From Patescibacteria group bacterium (GTDB taxonomy: Bacteria; Patescibacteriota; Microgenomatia; UBA12405), in the NCBI GenBank assembly GCA_023380755.1, contig JAMCSD010000006.1, forward strand, positions 316,735 through 380,734: 64,000 nt of DNA, given 5' to 3'. The notes under the pieces were generated by a model that had not been told where the DNA came from, made no database searches, and saw only the letters and a program-made list of their open reading frames with translations. The translations under genes were made by a program, and so were the position numbers. Every line of letters starts with the position of its first letter. Position 1 is the stretch's first letter. This document shows, piece after piece, positions 53,564 to 61,800 of this stretch.

Positions 53564-54266
53564 CTTTTTAGGTTTAAACCAAGCACTGCCTCAAACTGTT
53601 ATCCGGGGTGCCGTTATCCCTCATCATGAAGTGGCCGTTGAATTCATCAGGGATCTTGGTCGCCGCTTGGCTCCCCAATCACCGCCTCGGATTTTTATTA
53701 TTAGCCCCAATCACCAGGAAATTGGCCTTGGCCCGGTCTTAACTGACCAGCCGCTTTTTGCTGATGTCGCCCGAGTCGACCCGGCGACCATTGCCCAAGA
53801 ACATGGTTATCAGGTTCCCAAAAAAATTCTCTCGGAATTTCTTCCCCACACCCAATTCATACCCCTGGTCGTCAGTTCCCACCTTGACTCGGCGACTCAA
53901 GACCAATTAGTCCAAGAATTATCTTTAACCTTAGCTGAACGGGATGTACTGGTGACCTCCACTGATTTTTCCCATTACCGGAACCTAGCCACTGCCGATG
54001 CCAAAGACCAGGTTACCCAAAAGCTGATTCAGGACCGCAATTACGCCGAAATCCTGAAATTAAACAATGACTACCTTGATTCTCCCCGTTCCTTAGAAAT
54101 TCTTATGAAGACTATGGCAACCAAGGGAATCACTACCCCGGACTTTGTGAATCATAGCAATTCCGCCATCATATCGGCGGACCCTGGTTCGTTATCGACC
54201 ACCAGCTATTTTGAAATTTTGTACCGGGCTAATTTAGGTACTTCCGCAAAAACCCTAAGCTTTTAA
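53511..54266 (+). CDS. Memo/LigB-like (class III extradiol dioxygenase B-like fold) protein
   Basis: 251 aa. It has GAVIPHHEVA, ISPNH and TDFSHY. The GTG start overlaps the macroglobulin 3' end by 53 nt, and the N-terminus is hydrophobic. The family and start calls are moderate. Confidence 0.5.
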   Translation: MLSSLAAIGLRLYLLLLSFLGLNQALPQTVIRGAVIPHHEVAVEFIRDLGRRLAPQSPPRIFIISPNHQEIGLGPVLTDQPLFADVARVDPATIAQEHGYQVPKKILSEFLPHTQFIPLVVSSHLDSATQDQLVQELSLTLAERDVLVTSTDFSHYRNLATADAKDQVTQKLIQDRNYAEILKLNNDYLDSPRSLEILMKTMATKGITTPDFVNHSNSAIISADPGSLSTTSYFEILYRANLGTSAKTLSF

Positions 54267-54960
54267 CCCAGGCTCTTTGGGCGGCCTCGGGGTTATATGT
54301 CGCTGGATTATTTTCATTAAAAAAAGCATGACCGGTATCAGGATATACCACCGCCTCAAAATTAATATGGTACTTATTCATGGCCCCCGATAGGGCTTCT
54401 AAGCGCTTCATTAGTGCCGTATCCTCGGTCCCGTAGAAGGCCAGTACCGGGCATTTAATATTTTTTACCTGGGAAAGGGGAGTTGGGGCATATCCGTAAA
54501 ATGGCACCGCGGCTTTTAAAAGCGGTTGCTTCACCGCCAGGTTAAAACAACAACTACCGCCAAAGCAAAAGCCCATGACGCCGATCTTGTCATTTACCTC
54601 TGGCAGGGACATTAAATAGTGGAAACATTTATTTAGCTTCCGCCTGATCTTATTAGAAAAATTCACCGTGCTGCTGTATTCAATTGCCCCCCGTAGTTTT
54701 TTTTGCGCTTCACTCCGGTCGCTGGTTTCATTGAGCTCCTTCGTTACTTCCGGCCCTACCAATCTAGCCATCTTCGTTCCATAAAGCAGATCCGGAGCCA
54801 ACACCACGAAGTTTTCTCGGGCTAACCTCATGGCAGTTGCCTTTATTTGCTCGTTTAAACCCCAAATTTCATGGACCAAAATTATGCCGGGGACCTTTTT
54901 AGCGGTCTCCGGAATCTCCAATATCGCGGGCATTCCATCAACTAATACTTGGGCAGTCAT
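54229..54960 (-). CDS. dienelactone hydrolase family protein
   Basis: 243 aa. It has ILVHEIWGLNE, the nucleophile elbow GVMGFCFGG and the C-terminal DTGHAF. Confidence 0.85.
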   Translation of the reverse strand: MTAQVLVDGMPAILEIPETAKKVPGIILVHEIWGLNEQIKATAMRLARENFVVLAPDLLYGTKMARLVGPEVTKELNETSDRSEAQKKLRGAIEYSSTVNFSNKIRRKLNKCFHYLMSLPEVNDKIGVMGFCFGGSCCFNLAVKQPLLKAAVPFYGYAPTPLSQVKNIKCPVLAFYGTEDTALMKRLEALSGAMNKYHINFEAVVYPDTGHAFFNENNPATYNPEAAQRAWVKSLGFLRKYLN

Positions 54961-54993
54961 AGTTCAGTATAGCAATTTTTTGTATAATTAAAC

Positions 54994-55254
54994 ATGCCCA
55001 CAGTTTTGCTGAAAGAAAATTGGGAGGTCAAAGATGAGCGCCTAATACTCGATTCAGTCTATCCGGATTTTATGGCAGTGATCGCCGCGGTTAACCAGAT
55101 TGCCGCTATCGCCCAGGAGCTCAATCACCATCCGGACTTATTGGTTCACGATTACAAACAATTGAGGATCACTATTTACAGTCACGACTCTGACACTCTC
55201 ACGGACCGTGATTACCAGTTAGCCCAAAAGATCGAGCAGGCTCTGTTTCCTTAG
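54994..55254 (+). CDS. 4a-hydroxytetrahydrobiopterin dehydratase
   Basis: 86 aa with ELNHHPDLLVHDYKQLRITIYSHD, the PCD/DCoH signature. Confidence 0.85.
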   Translation: MPTVLLKENWEVKDERLILDSVYPDFMAVIAAVNQIAAIAQELNHHPDLLVHDYKQLRITIYSHDSDTLTDRDYQLAQKIEQALFP

Positions 55255-55583
55255 GATTTTTGGTCAACCGATTCCAAAAATATCCGCTTGGAAAACCCAC
55301 CCCGTTTCAGCCGTTTCTCCACTCTCCGGGTTTCGATATCGGCCATCGATAAGCCGTGAGCTTCGGCTGTCGCCCGGACCAGCTCGAGAATATCAGCCAA
55401 TTCATCGGCCAAAACTTCCACCGATGCCGCTTTGACTTCCTCGGCCTCTTCCACCAACTTTTGCCCCAGCTGTCTCCTAAATTCCTCCTTTTCCAAGGTT
55501 CGGATATGAGGTATTTTCCGGTCTTTGGTAATAATTTCCGGAATCCGGTCCCTCACTAGCTTGTTGTATACAATTGTTTCCAT
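55251..55583 (-). CDS. MazG-like nucleotide pyrophosphohydrolase (phosphoribosyl-ATP pyrophosphohydrolase-like)
   Basis: 110 aa. It has YNKLVRDRIPEII and an EExxE-type helix, LVEEAEEV ... ELADILEL. Confidence 0.7.
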   Translation of the reverse strand: METIVYNKLVRDRIPEIITKDRKIPHIRTLEKEEFRRQLGQKLVEEAEEVKAASVEVLADELADILELVRATAEAHGLSMADIETRRVEKRLKRGGFSKRIFLESVDQKS

Positions 55584-55680
55584 ACCAAATTATAGCCCAT
55601 AGTATCCACAAAATAAAAGTATACTATCCCCGGAAATTACCGCGACTATAGCCTTCCTGCCAATCATATGCTTACTAATT

Positions 55681-55914
55681 CTATTTCCCGCTCGTCATCT
55701 TCCACAGCGTTCCCGCTGCCGTTAGTAAACAGGCGCCGTTTAAAGCCGCCAAAATTTCCAAATGGCTGTTTAGGCCATCGATTACCAATAATATTACTCC
55801 CGTAATGTACCCCACCAAAAAAGTCTTTTCTAAGCCTTTATGCTTCGGTTTGATGCTCATAAATTGGTAAAACCAAGCCACGGCAATAATCAACAGTCCG
55901 AGTACCGACAGCAT
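55681..55914 (-). CDS. small membrane protein (77 aa)
   Basis: There are three hydrophobic helices. I recognised no family. Confidence 0.45.
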   Translation of the reverse strand: MLSVLGLLIIAVAWFYQFMSIKPKHKGLEKTFLVGYITGVILLVIDGLNSHLEILAALNGACLLTAAGTLWKMTSGK

Positions 55915-56097
55915 AATTTAATTAATGGTTAATACTTCAGTATGCTCGGTTTTCCGCCTCTTTGCAACGCTAAATTTATCCCGATTGCCTTTCTTGTGGT
56001 AAGATATCGCGTCTAAGGATTTTCAGGCAATTTGCGCCTAAATAAGCCTTTCGTACCTTAATAACTTACGACAAATTTTAAAAAAAGGAGTTTTACC

Positions 56098-57852
56098 ATG
56101 GAACCGGCTGAACAAGCCCATCTGATTGCCTCGCTCGAACTGTATTTAGGCATTGCTATCGCCGTCATCATCGTGCTCGCCTTCTTGCTTTATCGCCGTC
56201 GTCATGTCGCCTCTAATCCCTCCACTTCCTCTCAACCCTGGGACCCGGCTCCGGCTCCCGCCGAACCCGAGCCAAACATTCATTTAGGTGAGAATTTTTA
56301 CACCCATGTCGACCAGCTGATCATCAAAGAGCTGCGAGCTAATCTTCAAGTTATCGTTGAGCCCGAACGGACCGACAATGTCGCCGTGTCTATCGAAGGC
56401 CCCAAGAGTGCTGTGGAAGCTTTAAAGCTTAACCAAAACGGCGGTCAACTAACCGTTTCTTCTCCGGTACCGAATCTTCGTGATATCTCTATCCATGCAG
56501 GCATCTCCATTAGCGACCTTCGGGTTAGCATCGGCCGTGGCTATTTCACCCGGCTTCCGGATATTACTATTCGTTTGTCACCCAACGTTAAACTCTCTTT
56601 GTCCCAAACAGAAGGCACTGCCAATATCGGCGACCTTGGTAACGAAGTTAGGATTAACTGGGAGTCTGATGATCCTCTGGTCTTGGGCAATATCACTCAT
56701 CTCAAGTTGACCACTGAAAGTGATGGTTCCGTCCAGGTCGGGCAGGTTAGCTCTTTCTTCGCTCTCGAGTCCAATGGTAATGGTGATGTCACCGTCGTTT
56801 CTCTCGACACCCCCCACACTCCCGTCGAAATCACCCTCAATGATGACGGCTCGTTTAACGTCGGGCACATTGCCGCCGACTCCCTTAAGGTGACTCTCAA
56901 CAGTAACGGTAGCTGCCACACTGATTCTGTAGAGACTCCCGCGGGTGTTGTTTACGTGGCTATTAATGACGATGGTAACTGTGAGTTGGGTGATGTTCGT
57001 TGCCTGTCCTTTGGCTATAACTGTCAAGGTGATGGTAATTTAACCACTAAGTCAATAACCGGCGCCGAAGGTATCGAGTTGGTGTTGGCTGATGATGGTA
57101 ATTTCCAATCCGGTTTGATCGCTGGCGGGTATTTGACCATCGATTCTAGTGCTTACGGAGAAATCAATATTGAATCAGTTTCGGTTTCCGGTTTTATCAC
57201 TGTCTCCGTTAACGAGATCTCCTGTGATCTGGGTACTGTCGCCTGTGAATCGTTTTCCTTGGTTTCCGAGGGTGATGGTGACATCAATCTTCAGTCATTA
57301 ACTGCCAACGGCAATGTTAATATCACCCTCAAGGACGATGCCAATTGTCGCCTCGGTTCCCTGACCGCCGGCTCGGTAAAGTTCGCCTCTATTGGCGATG
57401 GCGATCTCTTCGCCACCTCCATTAGTACCCGGATTGGTGAAGTCCACATGACTTTAAGCGACGATGGTGGAGCTACTGTCGGCTCAGTCATTAGTTCGGC
57501 CTTACGCTTGATACTCACCGGTGATGGCGCCGCCAGTTTCGACTCACTAAACTGCCACGTTCTTAATTTCGAAGTCAACGACGACGGTGGAGTCAAAATT
57601 ATCAAGACCACCGCCTACACTGTCGACATCAAGATGAACGGCTATGGCGACATCGACCTTGGCTCTGGGGAGGTCGCCAACGATCTTCGGGTGGCCAATG
57701 ATGCTGATGCTAACTTTAACTTCGACGGTACTGCCCAAAATGCCCATTTAACCACTCAGAGTGGCGGCAGTATCTTTGTCCATCAGGTCACTAATACGCC
57801 TTTAATGAGACGCCGCGGTGATGGAGAAATTACGGTAGCCAATTGGTCCTAA
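56098..57852 (+). CDS. membrane-anchored beta-solenoid repeat protein (DUF2807/DUF4097-like putative adhesin)
   Basis: 584 aa with an AAGGAG RBS. An N-terminal TM and Pro-rich spacer precede about 15 degenerate 22-25-aa repeats alternating xDDGx and xGDGx turns, such as LNDDGSFNVGHI and SEGDGDINLQSL. Confidence 0.6.
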   Translation: MEPAEQAHLIASLELYLGIAIAVIIVLAFLLYRRRHVASNPSTSSQPWDPAPAPAEPEPNIHLGENFYTHVDQLIIKELRANLQVIVEPERTDNVAVSIEGPKSAVEALKLNQNGGQLTVSSPVPNLRDISIHAGISISDLRVSIGRGYFTRLPDITIRLSPNVKLSLSQTEGTANIGDLGNEVRINWESDDPLVLGNITHLKLTTESDGSVQVGQVSSFFALESNGNGDVTVVSLDTPHTPVEITLNDDGSFNVGHIAADSLKVTLNSNGSCHTDSVETPAGVVYVAINDDGNCELGDVRCLSFGYNCQGDGNLTTKSITGAEGIELVLADDGNFQSGLIAGGYLTIDSSAYGEINIESVSVSGFITVSVNEISCDLGTVACESFSLVSEGDGDINLQSLTANGNVNITLKDDANCRLGSLTAGSVKFASIGDGDLFATSISTRIGEVHMTLSDDGGATVGSVISSALRLILTGDGAASFDSLNCHVLNFEVNDDGGVKIIKTTAYTVDIKMNGYGDIDLGSGEVANDLRVANDADANFNFDGTAQNAHLTTQSGGSIFVHQVTNTPLMRRRGDGEITVANWS

Positions 57853-57877
57853 AAATTTTGTCGTTAGTTAAATACGC

Positions 57878-57922
57878 GCCCTCGCTTGACTGGATTTACC
57901 CACAAAAGCGAGGGCTTTTTTT
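57878..57922. terminator. bidirectional intrinsic terminator
   Basis: GCCCTCGCT / AGCGAGGGC stem followed by TTTTTTT, between convergent genes. Confidence 0.75.
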
Positions 57923-58520
57923 ACTTGGTTTTCAACAGAATATCACCTGGTAAGAATGGTTTGAAATTTCCCATCCGGCATCTAATAACTTTATCCCACC
58001 CGTTTACCTTCATATTTCGTAGGACCGTTTCTGGTTCCTTTTCAAGCTTCTTGACCTCCTCTGCATTCATTACTCGGCCACCATAATAAAACATAGGAGA
58101 TACATTTAATCGGTCGCTCTTTAGCCTTATACCCACAACTTCCAAAGACTTAACATCAAAGAATCGGAATGCATAGACACCTTCTGGTACCTCAACCTCG
58201 TACTCATCCCGGTTAGTTACTTCTTTGGTAGTATGTTCGTCGAAAAATACCCCAACGTAATAAAATTCCACATAAGATCGCGTCGTGCAGGGTTCATAAA
58301 GTTCATTGGCCTCCGCCAACAGTTCGACTCCTTCAGCATAACTCCTTTTACTGCCTTGCTGCGAAATTACGTCTAATTTTATATAAACGCCTGTAGTTCC
58401 CGGATCACCGACAACAGTGGCTGTCGCCTCGACGCGGTAGTCATACATGCCCGCTTTATATAGAACTCGATCGCCATTTTTAAGTTTCCTCAGTCCTTCG
58501 TACCCGACTTGGCTGTTCAC
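57921..58520 (-). CDS. hypothetical protein (199 aa)
   Basis: The GTG start is preceded by AGGAGGATCAA. I recognised no family. Confidence 0.55.
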   Translation of the reverse strand: MNSQVGYEGLRKLKNGDRVLYKAGMYDYRVEATATVVGDPGTTGVYIKLDVISQQGSKRSYAEGVELLAEANELYEPCTTRSYVEFYYVGVFFDEHTTKEVTNRDEYEVEVPEGVYAFRFFDVKSLEVVGIRLKSDRLNVSPMFYYGGRVMNAEEVKKLEKEPETVLRNMKVNGWDKVIRCRMGNFKPFLPGDILLKTK

Positions 58521-58664
58521 TTGATCCTCCTAAAAAATTAGAAAAGTTCTGTTGTTAACCTTTCAAGGTGCCCGAAATCTAGTAAGTAACAAAAAAGCGC
58601 CGCAAAAAACGCTAGTTTATTTATCCTACGGCCAAATTATACCAGAACTATATGGAAACAAGAG

Positions 58665-58735
58665 TTACCCCGCAAGGATTCGAACCTCAATTCTCGCGTT
58701 CAGAGCGCGATGTCCTACCATTAGACGACGGGGTA
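58665..58735 (-). tRNA. tRNA-Gln (anticodon CUG)
   Basis: The reverse complement folds as a 71-nt cloverleaf: TACCCCG/CGGGGTA acceptor (U1-A72), TCGCG-CTCTGAA-CGCGA anticodon arm (CTG), TTCGAAT T-loop and discriminator A. Confidence 0.88.
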
Positions 58736-58823
58736 GATTCGTCCAATTGTACCAATATGCTTCTTTATTTTCCAACTTAATCTTACTATAGTAAAAAGTG
58801 GATTGCTTGGTGGTAGTCCATTT

Positions 58824-61800
58824 ATGACGCGTCTTTTTAATATATTTAGATCCAGTAAACTACTCTTTTATCTCTTAAACTTTGTTTTTACCCTCATTAT
58901 TTTTGCTCACCCCGCTTTGGCCGACCGCACCTGGGATGGGGGAGCCGGGGTTGGGGATACCCGGTGGTCTAACCCAGTTAACTGGTCCGGCGATAGTTTA
59001 CCCGGCCCTAGTGATGTGGCTATTTTTGATTCAACTTCCGGCACCAAAAATGCCAATATCGGCACTTCTATTTCCGTCAAAGGCATCCAGTTATCGGCCG
59101 GCTACTCCGGCACCATTAACGTCTCCGCCGGAGTTTCAAATACGATTGTGCTTGGCAGTTCCGGTTATTCCCAGGCTTCGGGGGCTTTTAACGCCAACAA
59201 TGCCAATATCGGTGACAGCGCCTCTTTTAACATTTCTGGCGGCACCTTTACCCCCACTTCGGCCACGACAACCGTCACTAACAATTTTACAGTTACCAAC
59301 TCGCCGACCCTAAACGCCCATTTTGGCAACCTCACCTTTGTTGGCAACCTCTCTATCGGTGTGACCTGCGGCAATGCGATTTTTGATGCTGTTACCTTAA
59401 ATAAAAGCCCTGGTGTTGGGACTATCAACTTCAACTCCCAGTGTAATATCCCCATTTCGGGCACCAATCCCTCCTCTACGGGCCTGATTACTAACAATGG
59501 TGTTATAAGCGTCACTGGCAATTGGAATTTAATCGGCACTTACACCGGCAATGTCGGCGCCTCGTTGACCGTCACCGGTACCGGCATTTCTTTGCCCACC
59601 GGTCTCTGGCAGGGGAACATGACTTTTAATTCGGGTACTGTCTTTGTCGCCAATAGTCTGACTAATATGGTTGTCGGCGGCGCTCTCAATAATTCCGCTA
59701 ATGTTTTGCCTAATAATTTGGACCTTACTTTTTACGGCAGCCAGGATGGCTCAGTCACCTGTGGCAACGCCATCTTCCATTCCGTCGCTATTAATAAAAC
59801 TGCTACCGGCTACTACTTTACGGTCGGGGCCGGTTGCACCATTCCTCTGGCGGGCACCAATCCCGCCATTGGCGGTAGTTTAACCAATAATGGCAACGTC
59901 GGGGTGACCGGGAACCTAAGTCTTACCGGAGCTTATGCTGGTAATTCGGGAGCAATTCTAACCACCACCGGCACCGGTATTACCGTGGGTACTGACTTGA
60001 CGATCAATACCGGCACCAGCTTCCCAACGGGCTTAGATATCACCTTTAATGGCAATAGTAGCGGCACCTTAACCTGCGGTAATGCCACCTTTAATACTGT
60101 CACCATAAACAAGTCAACCACCGCGTCCCAAACCATTAGTAATGGCTGCAATATTACTATCGGCGGCACCAACCCCTCCTCCTCCACTCATGATGTTTAC
60201 AACCACGGCATCATCAATGTCAATGGTAACTGGACGGTGAGTACGGCTTATGTCGGTTATGGCGACGGGGTTCTCAACATGACCGGCGATACCTTTAATG
60301 TCGGTTGGAATATGACCCTTAATAGCGGCACCTCCTTGCCGTCCACCCTAAAAACACTTACTGTCGGTGGCGATTTAAATAATTCTGGTAATGCTCTCCC
60401 TCCGAATCTTGATGTTACTTTCAATACTGGCAATTCCGGCAGTGTCACCTGCGGTAATGCGGCTTTTAATTCAGTGGCTATTAGTAAAACTACTTCCTCC
60501 AGCATCACTTTTAATTCCGGTTGCACCATCCCCTTAGGTGGCACCAATCCTTCAACCACTGCCCATGATATCTATAACTATGGCACTATTAATGCTAATG
60601 GTAATTGGACGACCACTACATCATATACTGGTTATTCCGGCAGTTCCTTAAATCTCACTGGTTCCAATTTTGCTATCGGTTATAACTTGGTTTTTAATTC
60701 CGGTGCCGGTCTCTCCGCTCCGGCATTAACCTCAATTAACGTCGGCGGCGACTTGAATAATACTGGTAACGTTCTTCCGAATGGTCTTGATGTGGTTCTG
60801 GACCATAGCTATGGTGGTACGACTACCTGCGGTAATGCGACTTTTAATTCCGTCACTATCAACCGCAGCGGTTCCATCACCGACACCATTGGTGCCGGTT
60901 GTATCATTCCCTTAGGCGGTACCAACCCTTCCACTTCCGGCAATATTGTTAATAATGGACGAATCGATGTCACCGGCACCTGGTCGGTGGGTGGTTATTA
61001 TACTGGCAACTCCGGCAGTATCCTTAATATGACCGGTAACAGTTTAACCACCGGTTCGGATATTACCTTAAACAGCGGTTCCTCGATGCCTGCCAATCTT
61101 AATTCACTCACCGTGGGCGGAGTTTTAAATAATGCCGCCAATATTCTCTCCGATGGTATCGATCTTACCTTGAATAGTAACGGCAGCGTTAACCTAACGC
61201 CAGGCTCCGCCCGTTATAATTCTTTTACTGTTAATAAAGGCATTTCTTCTTATTCCATCACTCTTACTTCCAACTTCTCGACCGGCAATTTTACTCTTAC
61301 CCGGGGTACCATCGCTAATCCATCCTCACCTTATATTCTCAATATTGCCGGCAACTTTTCCGAAGACTCCGGAACTACCCTGGGTGGGGCGAACTTAACC
61401 TTAAATTTTAATGGCTCGGGCACTCAAACTTTAAGCAAAACTGCCGGAACTTTTGTCTCCAAACTTAATATCGGATCCTCCGGTACAGTTCAGCTCTTAA
61501 CTACCTTTGCTACTTCCGGTCAAACCTGTATAGTTCAGTCGGGTATTTTTGATCTTAACGGTCAAAACTTCACTTGCGGTTCAACTTTTACAGTTCAAAA
61601 TGGCGGTAACCTGAGGCTTATCGGTAGTGAAACCGTCACCACCCCCACCCTAAACGCCGGTTCTAATGTTTTATATGTCGGTATTAGTAACGGTTTAGTC
61701 GATAAATATACTATCAACAATTGGAGCTATTCCAACCTCACTGTTGGCATGACTGAGCCCGGCGATGAATTAACCTCCCAAAGTTTTGGAAACACTAATA

